64,000 bases of DNA from Waterburya sp. (GCA_965217895.1 CBDCJV010000002.1:3872001-3936000), one strand, 5' to 3'. Shown: positions 28,421 to 43,047, numbered from the stretch's first letter. Program-made: numbers and translations. Notes: generated by a model from the sequence alone, not told the origin.

Positions 28421-30694
28421 GTGTTGAGTTCTTCTTCTTTGGTGTTCAAAAAAGTCGTTAGTTATCAAGTTTGGCTTCAAATCGCCAAACTATGGTTAGC
28501 AATGTCAACAGAAGACGAAAACTTGCTAATTACAGAGCATACACTATTAAAGCGAGCAAATGTAGAGCAAAAAAATCAGCTAGATAAACAAATAGAAGCA
28601 GGCAGTTTTTTGTTGTTGATTACATCAAGAGTTAATGCTTTTTTACGTAAGGAAGAAACAAACGATCCCCAAAAATACCAAGTTACATTGGCTTTTGATC
28701 CCTTTACAATTACCCAAGAGCTAATCCAGCTTAGTGGCCAACAAAAATGGGAAATTGCAGTTATTAAATATTTACAAACCAATTTTATTAATAAGTTAAT
28801 CCACAATCATAATGATTTCGCGGAATTTATAGCAAAGGTAGTTAAATTACTGATAAATGAGGCAGAAAACTCAGAAATTCTACATAATTCACCCCAAACT
28901 CCAGCGATGGATACATTATTACACTATCAAGTCGAACAAGAGCGTATATTCGAGCAAATTAAGATCCAGATTAGCCAGAATCTAAATTTATCAGATATTA
29001 TTCAAACGGCCATCGATCGCAGCTGTAATTTTTTGGCATTAGACAGGCTTTTGATTTATCAACTAGATGTTCCTTTAGAGTCTAATATTGTCAGTTCAAA
29101 ACCTGTTGAGCTTGTAGATACAGTTACCTATGAATGTAGAAGAAGTCAAGATATTACTTCTACTTTGTATTTTCAAGATGAAGTTTGTTGGCGTAAGATT
29201 CCTCAATCGATAAATAAATATCATCAAGGATTTAATTTAGTTATTGATGATGTCAAAATAGATTCTACCCTTAATCCTTGTCTTCAAGAATTAATGACTA
29301 AACTAAAGGTAAGAGCTAAAGCTGTTACTCCAATAAGCGTTGAAAGCAAGCTTTGGGGATTTGTTATTGCTCATCAATGTTCTGAGTCAAGACAGTGGCA
29401 TCAGCAAGATATTCAGTTTTTGCGTCAGATATCTGAATATTTAGCGATCGCGATTCACCACCATCAATCATATCAGCAATTACAACAACAGAAATTATTA
29501 CTAGAAAAACAAGTTCAAAACCAAGCCCAACAGATCAAAGATGCTCTCATTGCAGCAGAAGCTGCTAGTAAGTCTAAGCATGAGTTTTTAGGCAGCATGA
29601 GCCATGAATTACGTACTCCTCTAACTTGCGTTATCGGCTTGTCTAGTACTCTGCTGCAATTGTCATCTACCAAAGAAAAAGTCTTATCTCCAGAAAAACA
29701 GCAGGAATATCTCTACCTCATTCAACAAAGTGGCAAGCACCTGTTGACCTTAATTAATAATATTTTAGAGTTTTCCGAAGTAGAGTCAGGTAAACACCTA
29801 TTGAATATTAAACAGCTTTCCTTAACTGGAGTAGCCAGAGAGTCGATACAAATGCTCCAGGAAATTGCTAGAGCCAAGCAAATTACCCTAATTCCCGAAA
29901 TTAAACTTGAGCTAGACCAAGATTACTTTTTTGCTGATGAAATAAGATTAAAAGAAATTTTATTTAATCTCCTCAGCAATGGTATTAAGTTTACCCCAGC
30001 CAGAGGGGAAGTAATTCTGAGGCTTTGGCGAGAAAAACGTCAGATTGTTTTGCAGGTAGAAGATACGGGAATTGGCATTACAGTTCAAGAAATTCCTTTG
30101 CTATTTGAGAAATTCAAACAGTTAGAAGATTTTCGTCAGCGCACCCAGGGCGGTACTGGTTTAGGGCTAGCTTTAACTAAGAAGTTAGTCGAATTACATG
30201 GTGGAAGTATCGAAGTAGAATCAGCTTCGGGAGAAGGTTCAATATTCACGGTTTATCTGCCAGAAAAGATTCCCTTCCAGCCGAATTTAAATGCTCAATC
30301 ATCGATTAATTATCAGACTAATCTGACTTCTCAAACAGTTATGCTAATTACTGGGGATGAGGAAAACGCTACTTTTATTTGCCAGCTACTCAACACGATT
30401 GAATGTCAGGTAGTTTGGCTGATGGATTCGGCTACAGCGATAAATCAAATTGAACTATTGCAGCCAAGAATTATTATTGTAGATCGCGATTGCTCGGAAA
30501 TAGATATAAAAAATGTGGCTCAAACTATCGCCCAGAAAGAATCTGCTTGGAATACCAATTTAGTTCTACTGGGGAATGAATTAAACAATATAGAGTGGGA
30601 AAATTTTGCCAAATCAGGAGTTGATGACTATCTATTGAAATCAATGACACCAACTCAAGTAATTGCCAAGATAAGCGAGTTAATTAAGGAATAA
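28421..30694 (+). CDS. cikA: CikA-like hybrid histidine kinase (GAF-HisKA-HATPase-receiver-like)
   Basis: GAF with LWGFVIAHQC; SHELRTPLTCVIG H-box typical of CikA; N/G boxes; C-terminal receiver-like domain. Confidence 0.75.
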   Translation: MLSSSSLVFKKVVSYQVWLQIAKLWLAMSTEDENLLITEHTLLKRANVEQKNQLDKQIEAGSFLLLITSRVNAFLRKEETNDPQKYQVTLAFDPFTITQELIQLSGQQKWEIAVIKYLQTNFINKLIHNHNDFAEFIAKVVKLLINEAENSEILHNSPQTPAMDTLLHYQVEQERIFEQIKIQISQNLNLSDIIQTAIDRSCNFLALDRLLIYQLDVPLESNIVSSKPVELVDTVTYECRRSQDITSTLYFQDEVCWRKIPQSINKYHQGFNLVIDDVKIDSTLNPCLQELMTKLKVRAKAVTPISVESKLWGFVIAHQCSESRQWHQQDIQFLRQISEYLAIAIHHHQSYQQLQQQKLLLEKQVQNQAQQIKDALIAAEAASKSKHEFLGSMSHELRTPLTCVIGLSSTLLQLSSTKEKVLSPEKQQEYLYLIQQSGKHLLTLINNILEFSEVESGKHLLNIKQLSLTGVARESIQMLQEIARAKQITLIPEIKLELDQDYFFADEIRLKEILFNLLSNGIKFTPARGEVILRLWREKRQIVLQVEDTGIGITVQEIPLLFEKFKQLEDFRQRTQGGTGLGLALTKKLVELHGGSIEVESASGEGSIFTVYLPEKIPFQPNLNAQSSINYQTNLTSQTVMLITGDEENATFICQLLNTIECQVVWLMDSATAINQIELLQPRIIIVDRDCSEIDIKNVAQTIAQKESAWNTNLVLLGNELNNIEWENFAKSGVDDYLLKSMTPTQVIAKISELIKE

Positions 30695-30722
30695 TTGCGG
30701 ATAGCCTTAAAATCAAATTATT

Positions 30723-31295
30723 ATGACTGCCATTAATATTTCTGCATTTGTAGATACGATAAGCGATCGCGATCTAGAAAAATTATGTTTGGATAATCCT
30801 GAAACTAGATTTGAAACTACCCCCAAGGGAAGATTAATTGTTATGCCGCCAACAGGAAGCGAAAGTAGCAGACTAAACATGACTTTAGCAGCCCAAGTTT
30901 GGAATTGGAATAATAGAGCAAAATTGGGAGTAGTATTTGACTCTTCTACTGGGTTTAAGCTTTCTAATGGTGCAATGCGATCGCCTGACGTTAGTTGGGT
31001 AGAAAATGCTAAATGGAATAGTCTAAATAAGCAGCAACAAAGGAAATTTGCGCCTATAGATCCCGATTTTGTTATTGAACTAATGTCCCCTACTGACGAT
31101 CTGTTAGAACTGCGACAGAAAATGCTTGAATATAGATGGTGTGGGGTTAAATTGGGGTGGTTGATTAATCCTGATGATCGAGAGATAGAAATTTATCGTC
31201 CTGATGCAGTTAAAGAAATTTTGAGCAATCCAACTAGTTTATCTGGAGATGACACATTACCTAATTTGACTGTGGATTTATCTGAAATATTTTAA
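30723..31295 (+). CDS. Uma2 (DUF820) family endonuclease-like protein
   Basis: FDSSTGF...SPDVSW...PDFVIELMSP...LGWLINP. Confidence 0.92.
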   Translation: MTAINISAFVDTISDRDLEKLCLDNPETRFETTPKGRLIVMPPTGSESSRLNMTLAAQVWNWNNRAKLGVVFDSSTGFKLSNGAMRSPDVSWVENAKWNSLNKQQQRKFAPIDPDFVIELMSPTDDLLELRQKMLEYRWCGVKLGWLINPDDREIEIYRPDAVKEILSNPTSLSGDDTLPNLTVDLSEIF

Positions 31296-31448
31296 TGGCG
31301 ATCAATCTGTAAGAGAGATCGCTTTCTTAGGGTGCGTTGGCAAAGTTGATTAGTTCGGCAAGGAAATATATAAATCAATTTCTAATTCACCAATTCCCTA
31401 CCAAACCATCTTCTAATTAATTTGACTGGCTTATCTACCTACTTATTT

Positions 31449-31679
31449 AAGTAGGTGGGCAAAATCATTTATAAAATACCAACATTAACTTTTTGCCCTG
31501 ATCTATCAAATCCATTTTACATTTAAACCCCGTCTACATAGAAAACCGTAGTTTTTGAATCGGAGATTGAGCTAGTCACAGCAGGATCTAATTTCTACTT
31601 GCTACTTGCTACTTACGAACAGTCAACTTAAAAACTCCTGGTTTCAAACTGGATGTGGTTTAATTACACCCACCCAATT
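31449..31679. repeat. Nested MITE-like element with heptamer repeats
   Basis: AAGTAGGTGGGC left end with complementary TTAATTACACCCACC right end; internal (CTACTTG)n; a similar lone end TAAGTAGGTAGACGGAATTAA at ~48446. Confidence 0.5.
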
Positions 31680-31681
31680 AT

Positions 31682-32407
31682 CTATTCTGCTGTTGCTTCT
31701 TCAACTTCTTCATTAACTTGGTCTTCTTTTTTAGCTAAATCTATCTTTTCCTGTTCTCTTTTTTCTCTCTTTTTGCGACTAGCTTCTAAAACATCCTCAA
31801 TAACCTTAAGCAACTGCTCCATTTTTTCGAGGTTGCTGCGATATAGCTCTAAATCCTTTTTCATTTTTTCGCTAGGCAAACCAAGACTTTCGGCAATAGT
31901 GCCGACAATTTCATCGCGCTTTTCTTGATTTTGAACTGCTTTACTATCGCATTCTTCCAACAGAGTATACACGCCGATCGCAAAAGGACGACTATACTTA
32001 AAGTTATCATTCTTGGCGATCGCTTTAATTGGCTCAACTATGTAACCTGCATCTCCTTCAGCCGAAGGATTGTTCAACCAAGCCATCAGCTCATCAATAG
32101 ATTTATCTTTGGCTAACGTTAATAAAATACCTGCTTGAGATTTAAAGTTTTGCGGATCGCCATCTGTAGAAGTACAGATGGCATTAAAAATTTTCTCTTT
32201 ATCTGCTTCAGGCTGATAGCCTTGCATCAAACGCTCAAAAGAAGTGACAATTCCCAAATAATAAACAGGATCGGGCTTAAAATCAGTATTTACTGATAAA
32301 AGATGCATTTCTACCAGTAATTCTTCTATCACTCGGCGATATATAGAGTTGATTGGTCGAGGGTAAGCAGCATAAAAAGCCCTTTTACTATCGGAAACAG
32401 TTTTCAT
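31682..32407 (-). CDS. psb29: Photosystem II biogenesis protein Psb29/Thf1
   Basis: TVSDSKRAF..PINSIYRRVIEELLVEMHL, FKYSRPFAIG, KDLELYRSNLEK. Confidence 0.95.
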   Translation of the reverse strand: MKTVSDSKRAFYAAYPRPINSIYRRVIEELLVEMHLLSVNTDFKPDPVYYLGIVTSFERLMQGYQPEADKEKIFNAICTSTDGDPQNFKSQAGILLTLAKDKSIDELMAWLNNPSAEGDAGYIVEPIKAIAKNDNFKYSRPFAIGVYTLLEECDSKAVQNQEKRDEIVGTIAESLGLPSEKMKKDLELYRSNLEKMEQLLKVIEDVLEASRKKREKREQEKIDLAKKEDQVNEEVEEATAE

Positions 32408-32601
32408 AATTAATATTAATTTTTTCTATCAAACATTTTATCTATCCTACGAGTCCTGTACTATAGCTCTTTTTGGGAACTACTTACTCAAACAAAACTC
32501 TTAGTATATCTTTATATTATGCAATGATTCTGTCCGACTATTGGAGATTTCTAATTGGAGACCAATGAATTAAGTGCGAAAATAAACCTATTAATATAAT
32601 T

Positions 32602-32910
32602 ATGGTTCAAAATTTATCTATGCAGTCACCAGCTATAGGGCAGCACAAGCAGCAGCTTACTTGTCCGAATCTACCTCTAGGAGTATATCGAGAAGTAGCT
32701 GCTCATTTACGACAGGTACAAGGAATTGATACCAGCCTAATTCTTCGCTCGATTGAACATGATGAATCTGAAAAGTTTGATTATTACCAAAGCCAAGTTG
32801 CAGCCTTAGAAATTAAATACACAGATAAAATAGACGAAACTGCCCAAGAACAAGTCGCAGCAATTCTAGACTATTATGCTCAACGCTACAAACTTTGGGA
32901 AAAGTATTGA
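32602..32910 (+). CDS. Cyanobacterial hypothetical protein
   Basis: LPLGVYREVAAHLRQV...FDYYQSQV; divergent from psb29. Confidence 0.7.
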   Translation: MVQNLSMQSPAIGQHKQQLTCPNLPLGVYREVAAHLRQVQGIDTSLILRSIEHDESEKFDYYQSQVAALEIKYTDKIDETAQEQVAAILDYYAQRYKLWEKY

Positions 32911-32948
32911 AGAAAAAGCAAATAGCAACAATTAAGACAGTTAGGACA

Positions 32949-33524
32949 TCAAGCAGCATGACTTTGAGCCATTTTCTTAAGCTCGTCATTGGAGACACAA
33001 CGACGCTCAGAACAATAAGCCATGAGACTAACTCCATTAAGCATTTGAATTGTGCTTACCCTAACTCTAAAATCATCAGTTAAAAACCAGCAGCGTTCTT
33101 GTCCTTGGTTATTGTCGTAGTCAGTATTAATGGTTAAAATACCGTCTTCCCCAAACCAGTAGCGACTAATCACCGGCAAGCCATCAACATAACCTTTATC
33201 ACGGATAAGTTTACCGCTTCGTCCTGTTTCATCATCAGGAACATCAATTAAAATGGCAGCATAGTTAGAATTTGGTTCTTTTTCTTCTAAGTTATCTTGC
33301 CAGCTAAAGCTACCGCCACCCTTAGCTTTAGCTGGATCGATGCCCTGCACATCGCACACCTGTTTAACTTTAGGATTATCAGGCTCAATAACCTTAATAA
33401 TTAAGTTAGACTCTCCTGATTCATCAGCCACAATATCAAAATGATGCACGCTTCTTTCTGTATACCATTTGCCTTCACTCTTGCGAAAAAACTCCATCAT
33501 GGTCATGGGTACAGTTAAACGCAT
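32949..33524 (-). CDS. CpcS/CpeS-type phycobiliprotein lyase
   Basis: EFFRKSEGKWYTERSVHH, RDKGY, ERCWF, CSERR motifs. Confidence 0.85.
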   Translation of the reverse strand: MRLTVPMTMMEFFRKSEGKWYTERSVHHFDIVADESGESNLIIKVIEPDNPKVKQVCDVQGIDPAKAKGGGSFSWQDNLEEKEPNSNYAAILIDVPDDETGRSGKLIRDKGYVDGLPVISRYWFGEDGILTINTDYDNNQGQERCWFLTDDFRVRVSTIQMLNGVSLMAYCSERRCVSNDELKKMAQSHAA

Positions 33525-33996
33525 ATAAAACCTTGCTCCTCAAAATTCTCTTTCTAAAACAAGTTTAATATTGAGAGGGACTGTTTTGCTTAATGAGAGT
33601 AGCTTGAAGGTTGGTAAACTTTGTCAGCTAAACAATATTAAATCATTTATTATTCAGGCGCGATCACTATTTTTGATGAGAAAGTAAAATACAATGGCTT
33701 CTTTGCCTTACTTGATAGTATTTACTCTGTTGGTAAATTCTTTTTAAGAGTTTAATAGTATCTTTTGTTAAACCTTTGATATATCTCATTTAAGATTTAT
33801 TCTCCTTTTCACTTTCTTGAGCGATCGCCACAGAACATTTGGCGATCTTTCGAGGATAACTCCCTCAATATAATCCTCTCAAACTTTCTTGAAAATATAC
33901 AAATAATTTTGCTTGAGTACTTAAGTGCAACTTCAAGGAGAAATGGTATTAGATTAAATGCCCCCAGGTCAGTTAATAAGATTTTCAGCAGCCATA

Positions 33997-35148
33997 TTAG
34001 CTATTTTTTGCTTGCTGCATCAGCTTGATAAAATTAGCAAATAAATAATCTGCATCATGAGGCCCTGGACTAGCTTCTGGATGATACTGCACCGAAAAGA
34101 AAGGTAAGGTTTTATGACGCAATCCCGCTACCGTTCTATCGTTGAGATTAAGATGGGTTATTTCTACATCCGCCCCTAAAGATTTTTCGGCGATCGCAAA
34201 ACCATGATTTTGACTAGTAATCTCAATCTGCTGTTCTTTCAAGCCTGCGGGCTGATTTAAGCCACGATGTCCAAACTTGAGCTTAAAGGTTTCTGCGCCC
34301 AAAGATAAGCCCAAAATTTGATGACCCATACAAATTCCAAAGGTCGGCTTGTTAGCTTTTAATAGCTCTTTAGTAATAGCTATGCCCTCAGTAACAGCAG
34401 CAGGATCGCCAGGACCATTCGAGAGAAAAATACCATCCGGATTATGAGCTAGTATCTCCTCACTAGGAGTATTGGCAGGAACAACAATTACTTTACAGCC
34501 ATAGCTTGCTAAACGGCGCAGAATATTGCGCTTAATTCCAAAGTCAATTGCCACCACCGTCAGAGAATTATTTTTATTCATCGCACCAGCAAACTCCCAA
34601 TTCCTATCAGTTTCTTCAGACCACTGGTAGACTTCTGGGGTAGTTACCCCTTTGACTAAATTTAAGCCCATCATATCGGGTGCTTGGCGAATTAAATTTA
34701 GCAACCCTTCAGGGTCAAGAATTTCTGTAGAAACTCCGCCGTTAATCGCGCCGTAATCGCGCAATTTCCGCGTTAAAGAGCGGGTGTCAATGCCATAAAT
34801 ACCAGGAATATGCTTCTGTTTAAGATAGTCAGGTAAAGACTGAGTAGAACGCCAATTGCTAGGACGATAGGTGATATTTCGGGCAATTACTGCTTTTGCC
34901 TGCACAATACTAGATTCTTCATCAGCAGGATTGACTCCTGTATTTCCTAGTTCAGGATAGGTAAAAGTAATAATTTGACCAGAGTAGCTAGGATCGGTCA
35001 AAACTTCTTGATATCCTGTCATTCCTGTATTAAAAACTACCTCTCCCACCGCAGTTGTCTCGGCACCAAAAGACCAGCCATGATAAGCAGTTCCATCGGC
35101 GAGAACCAGTAAAGCTGGTTTAGTATTTGGTTTGAGCATATTGACCAT
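33997..35148 (-). CDS. carA: Carbamoyl-phosphate synthase small subunit
   Basis: [40 protein letters not shown]. Confidence 0.97.
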   Translation of the reverse strand: MVNMLKPNTKPALLVLADGTAYHGWSFGAETTAVGEVVFNTGMTGYQEVLTDPSYSGQIITFTYPELGNTGVNPADEESSIVQAKAVIARNITYRPSNWRSTQSLPDYLKQKHIPGIYGIDTRSLTRKLRDYGAINGGVSTEILDPEGLLNLIRQAPDMMGLNLVKGVTTPEVYQWSEETDRNWEFAGAMNKNNSLTVVAIDFGIKRNILRRLASYGCKVIVVPANTPSEEILAHNPDGIFLSNGPGDPAAVTEGIAITKELLKANKPTFGICMGHQILGLSLGAETFKLKFGHRGLNQPAGLKEQQIEITSQNHGFAIAEKSLGADVEITHLNLNDRTVAGLRHKTLPFFSVQYHPEASPGPHDADYLFANFIKLMQQAKNS

Positions 35149-35398
35149 TGATTTACGAGCTTGACTAAATTACCGTGACCACAAAATAATCTAGCAGTTA
35201 TCGGTAAAGATAAGATGGACTATTTCTTTGATTTACTCAGGATTTTAAAATCTTTACTGTAGTCATGGTTACTAAGACCTGCCCAACAAGATAAACTGTT
35301 CAGATAGGTAGATGACATAGTTAGAGAGATTTAACTTAGTCTTTCTATAATAGATATTGACATTACAGCCAAACTAGCGCGAATTTGATTAAGAAAGC

Positions 35399-36505
35399 AT
35401 GAGTCCTAGAAAACTAACCGAAGACGATAAACAAGAGATTCTTCAGCTATATCGTAACTCCCAGGCCACCACCTCAACTTTGGCAAATAACTATGAGGTA
35501 AGCAGTTCGACGATTAGTCGCTTTCTTAAAAACAAACTATCTACTTCAGAATATGAAGATTTAATTCAGCAAAAACGTTTAGCACGTACACCTAGAGGTG
35601 AAAAATCCTCTGAAAAAGAGCCAAAAACTAAGACAAAATCTCCTAAAACCAAGTCAAATAAGTCTAAAAAGGCTTCTGATGCCGAAGTCATAACTCCTAC
35701 AGTTATAGAAGAAGCAACTGTCAAGCCCAAAACTGAATCAAAACCATCTGTTCGTCGCCGTCGCCGTTCCAGCGTTACCGAAGAACCTATAGTTGCTGAG
35801 GTTGTTCCGACACAAACTGAAGTCAATCAGCCTGAAGAATTGGTAGAAGCTCAGACAAACAACTCAGAGGAATCCTTAACAGAAAAACAACCTAATAAAT
35901 TAATAATTGATAAACAGCCTCGTGGCACTGTCAAAAACTCAAGTAAAGACACTGAGGAATTAGCCTCTTATAAAAGCAATAGTTTAATTCTCAAAGCAGA
36001 TCGAGTCGATCTTGAAGATGAAAACGATGACGATGACGATGACGATAATGGAGTAGACATCATTACTCTCAAAGAAATGCTGGGAGAAGACCTAGAAGAC
36101 ATCAATGATGATAACGATGATGATGATGATGATTGGGAAGACGATAACGAAGATGGGATAACTTATCCTAGCAAGAGTTCCAATTTAAGTGATGTTCAGA
36201 TTTTGCCTCTTTCTCAAGCCTCTTTTCCGAGAACTTGCTATTTAGTTATCGACCGCTCAGCAGAATTGATTGTCAAGCCTTTGGCTGATTTTGCTGATTT
36301 GGGTGCAATTCCTCAAGCAGAAGTTAGGGAAACGACTTTGCCAGTATTTGATAATCATCGTATTGCTAAGCGTTTTTCTCATCGTCGTGAGCGAGTAATT
36401 AAAGTTCCTGATGGGCGGATGCTGCAAAAAACTTCCCATTATCTTCAAGATAAAGGTATTACTAGATTACTAATTGATGGTCAGATTTATTCTTTATCTA
36501 ATTAG
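35399..36505 (+). CDS. Cyanobacterial protein with N-terminal HTH, acidic linker and conserved C-terminal domain
   Basis: HTH-like TTSTLANNYEVSSSTISRFL; D/E tracts; C-terminal LPVFDNHRIAKRF..VPDG. Confidence 0.7.
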   Translation: MSPRKLTEDDKQEILQLYRNSQATTSTLANNYEVSSSTISRFLKNKLSTSEYEDLIQQKRLARTPRGEKSSEKEPKTKTKSPKTKSNKSKKASDAEVITPTVIEEATVKPKTESKPSVRRRRRSSVTEEPIVAEVVPTQTEVNQPEELVEAQTNNSEESLTEKQPNKLIIDKQPRGTVKNSSKDTEELASYKSNSLILKADRVDLEDENDDDDDDDNGVDIITLKEMLGEDLEDINDDNDDDDDDWEDDNEDGITYPSKSSNLSDVQILPLSQASFPRTCYLVIDRSAELIVKPLADFADLGAIPQAEVRETTLPVFDNHRIAKRFSHRRERVIKVPDGRMLQKTSHYLQDKGITRLLIDGQIYSLSN

Positions 36506-36608
36506 GGCTATCCTAACTGCTTTTACTGTTAAGCTATATGGATAAAACTGGAATCGAAGCAAGGAAAAAACTACAATTATTTACAAAGCTTCTGATGAAA
36601 TTAACGTA

Positions 36609-36806
36609 ATGATAGTTATGATTGCAGACCAGCAAATTTTATCAGCTAAACAGGTTTGTCAAAGTTGTTTAATGGCAGATAATAGCGGTCTACCTCGTTG
36701 GTATAGTGGTCAGTTAGGTTGTGGAAAAGCTTTAGCAAAATCTACTCCAAGACAAGCCACAGTCTATGAATGTCAAATGGGATTCAATGTTATTCTAGTC
36801 GATTGA
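36609..36806 (+). CDS. Small Cys-containing hypothetical protein
   Basis: VCQSCLMAD..GLPRW..LGCG..YECQMGF pattern. Confidence 0.65.
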   Translation: MIVMIADQQILSAKQVCQSCLMADNSGLPRWYSGQLGCGKALAKSTPRQATVYECQMGFNVILVD

Positions 36807-36986
36807 TTGGCAAGCTTTGACTGGTTAAAATAATTTGCTGCCTAGATTTACCGTTTACCAAAATGATTTTGCCAGAGTCTAAATTCTTGCTAAAGTTTAT
36901 CAAGCTCAAGCAGAGGTAAAAAGGCTTCGCTCCAGCTATTAGCCGTTAGCTCTTGGCTTCTATCAAACAGGATTTAGTATCCCCTG

Positions 36987-37634
36987 CTAACTTTTGACTT
37001 TTGAATTGCGGTCTAGAAATTTTAAAAAGTTCAGGCTAATTAATAACCACAAATAGCCAAAAAGATACCCTCCCAAAACATCTGTCGCCCAATGAGCTTT
37101 GATATAGATACTGCCAAAGCCGATTAATAAAACAATTATGGTGGCAAGAATATAAATATATTTGGTCAATTTAGGGTATTGTGCAGCTAACAAAAAAGCG
37201 AGGTAAAAGTAAAAAACCAGATTTCCTGCTGCATGACCACTAGGAAAACTATCTCCGCCTAAATCGTCTACTAATCTGGGTTTTGGAGGACGAGAACGCC
37301 CAAAAATAGGCTTTAGGATTTCATCAACTAGTATTAAAATGCCCAGCGTAGCGAATGCTAGAGCTTTGGCTTCTTGCCAGTATCGTTTACGAATCAAAAA
37401 TACTAGGGTAGCCAGCACTAAAGATCCAGCAATATATGTGTTACCAATTTTATAGAGACCTATGAAAAAAAAGTCGAGCAACACTCGCCTTTGAGCCTGC
37501 AATATTTGCAATATTTGCGAGTCTAACTGAGGATAATTGTGAGTAAATATTTGATAGCAAAGATGTGCGAAAGGAATAGTGCAAAGTAAAATAAAAACAA
37601 GATTTGCTTTGCCAATTTTGTACGAACTTTTCAT
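36987..37634 (-). CDS. PAP2-family membrane phosphatase
   Basis: K.IFGRSRP, SFPSGHA, HWATDV motifs; the third-motif Arg appears as GS. Confidence 0.85.
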   Translation of the reverse strand: MKSSYKIGKANLVFILLCTIPFAHLCYQIFTHNYPQLDSQILQILQAQRRVLLDFFFIGLYKIGNTYIAGSLVLATLVFLIRKRYWQEAKALAFATLGILILVDEILKPIFGRSRPPKPRLVDDLGGDSFPSGHAAGNLVFYFYLAFLLAAQYPKLTKYIYILATIIVLLIGFGSIYIKAHWATDVLGGYLFGYLWLLISLNFLKFLDRNSKVKS

Positions 37635-37823
37635 CTTGTTAAAGTCTAATTGCAGAAATCTTTACATCGAAGGTTAAAATTTCAACAGTTTGTTTAAAAA
37701 ACCAATATTTTTTTCAGACATCTTCTCCTAAACGAACAGCCAGATTACATTCAGTCTATTCTAGACTTTTTGCTGCAAAAATTAACCAGCTTTTAACCTT
37801 TTCTTGACTAATTTCTCAAAAAC

Positions 37824-39515
37824 ATGGGCAGATATATCTTACCTGAGTTGAGTCCTTCAGTTTCGCTCCCGTCTAATATCCAAATAATTACGCCAACAAA
37901 AGCGATCGCCCGACATACTCGCCAGCTTGTTCCATCTACTTGCCAATCTTATTACAGCTTGGAAAGTCTGGCACAAAATATCGTCCGTCGTCAGGGATGG
38001 GGAATTGCTTCTACTTTATTAAGCCGTCGTTTACTCCAAAATGCGATCGCCAAAGTAATTAAAACCCAAGATACTGAAGGTACGGCTAAAGCTTATTTAT
38101 CAACTATTAAAGATCTATTTCGTAGTGGTATAAATTTAGCTCAGCTACAGCAAAATTGCGATCTTAAAATGCAGCAGTTAGCAAATATGGCGATCGCCTA
38201 TCAAAAACTGTTAAGACAAAGAAATAAGCTAGATAGTGCCGAACTTTATTGGCAGGGTGCAGCCAAAGTTGTTTATCAAAAAACTTATTTTATGGCTATT
38301 TTGTCCCAAATAAAGCTGAACTGGCTTTGATAAATGCGATCGCTACTCAGGATAGTATATTAGTGTTGCCCGTAGATGAATTATTGATTCAAAATCAATG
38401 GGCATTAAACTGGCTAAAAGCTCAAGGGTGGTCACAGAAAAAGCAAATACAGCCTACGGGATATTAATCAACAATTACAGCAGTGTTTTAAGCAGACAGG
38501 AGAATTGCCAATAGGAGTTAGGCTTCAGGTTTTTCCTAATTTGCTAGAAGAAGTGCGAGGCGTATTGACTCAGGTAAAGATTTTACTGACTCAAGGAGTC
38601 AAAGCCAAAGATATTATTTTAGTAACTAGAGACGAAAAATTATACGGCGAGACTTTAATCGATCTTGCCTGGGAATATAGTATTCCTGTGCGGGTATGTT
38701 ATGAAATTCCCCTAGAACAAAGTCGCATAGGTGCATGGCTCAAACTATTGCTAGAGGTAATTGGGGGCAACTTTTTTAAATGGTTTAGTGCGCGGTTGCT
38801 CAAGCTCAAAGAATTAACCGAAGCCGAATTAGATCTTGGTGCTGCTGTGCGAGGCAACCTATATCATCGCTGTTTGGAACTATCTTTAGAACATATTAAA
38901 ACTGCTGATGATCTAGCTAAATTCAACCAGGAACAACTGGTAAAAGCTTTTACCAAAGCAGAAGCGGAATTAAACTTAACTCAACTACCAGGATGGTCAG
39001 TTCAACGCCAAGAACATTTAAACTTACTGGCACTTAATTTAACTACGGCGGAATTTCTTCCCGCTCAAAGTGAAGTCATCGCCAGAGAAACTAAATTCTC
39101 TACTCAATGGTACGGCTTAAACATTAAAGGACGAGTAGACAGAATTGATCGCACCATTACAGGCTTAACGATAATTGATTACAAAACCAGTGGCGTAATT
39201 CCTGCGGGCGTAAAAGATGCCATGGGTAAAGCCAATCTCGATATCCAGCTAGCAGTATATCAAGATGCGATCGCCAAAAAATATCCTGGTGAAGCTATAG
39301 ATGGCGCAGCATACTACTCTGTAAATAAGCAAAAAACTATTAGTCGTCACCAAAAAGATGCTGAATCACTAGCTATTTTTGCAGAACAGGTAAAAGCTCA
39401 TTTAGAACAGGGACATTATCCCGTCGCTCCTGACGTAGACCGCAAAGCCTGTCGCTATTGCGACTATGATTTGGTTTGTCGTCAGCGTAGTAGACAAAGT
39501 TATAGGAGCGAATAA
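37824..39515 (+). pseudogene. Degraded AddB/RexB-like PD-(D/E)XK nuclease gene
   Basis: Three consecutive fragments (37824-38330, 38249-38467, 38505-39515) in different frames; RGNLYH, GRVDRID, IIDYKT, QLAVY, CRYCDYDLVC motifs. Confidence 0.75.
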
Positions 39516-39931
39516 AGTTATGGAGTTTTAGTTTAGAAACTAGCTTTTTTTCTCATTTGAAATTGATTAAGTTGATTACTAATAAGCTGATTTAACTTGC
39601 TAAACTTTTTGCTACCGAAAAGCCATAAAAATCTTTTGATCTCAGCATTGAGAACACAAAAGTTGCTATTTTAAACAATCACCATCAATTTTCGGAGCGT
39701 AAATATCAAAATCATCTAAAACAAAAGTTCATGTTTTAATTCAGCATTACTATCTTTAAATAGTTGGTCGAAAGCATTTTTTCCAGACGAACAAATGCTT
39801 AAAGCAAACAAAATATATGTGTTTTAATCGCTTGAGTATTACGCACCATGTAATTACTTCGAGCAACATTTCTTTAAAATAATTGTTTTTTGTCTTACCC
39901 TCTTTTTGGTCATAGATTAGATTTTATAAGC

Positions 39932-39965
39932 AAAAAGACCATCACTTTGAAGAAATGGTCTTTTT
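39932..39965. terminator. Terminator downstream of the rrn operon
   Basis: AAAAAGACCAT...ATGGTCTTTTT inverted repeat just past the 5S 3' end. Confidence 0.7.
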
Positions 39966-39979
39966 ACTTATAAGATAAA

Positions 39980-40098
39980 ACCTGGCACTGAGCTATTTTT
40001 CCGGGGGGCTACCCCCCAAGTATCTTCGCCGCTACAGAGTTTAACTATCGAGTTCGGGATGGGATCGAAGTGGTTCCACTGCGCTAAAAACACCAGGA
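39980..40098 (-). rRNA. rrf: 5S rRNA
   Basis: Minus strand TCCTGGTG...GAACCACTTCGATCCCATCCCGAACTC...GCCAGG. Confidence 0.95.
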
Positions 40099-40211
40099 AG
40101 ACTGGTAGGACATCCGTCCCTTCAAGACTGCATAAATCTAGAATTGTGCAGGTTGAGCCAAAATATTGAGATTACTAAATAAGTCCTTTAGTTGTTTGAT
40201 AGATTGAATCA

Positions 40212-43047
<2,836 letters not shown>

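Noticed and set aside
35399..36505. HTH protein as a possible transposase
   Set aside because: No DDE or HUH catalytic motif and no terminal repeats
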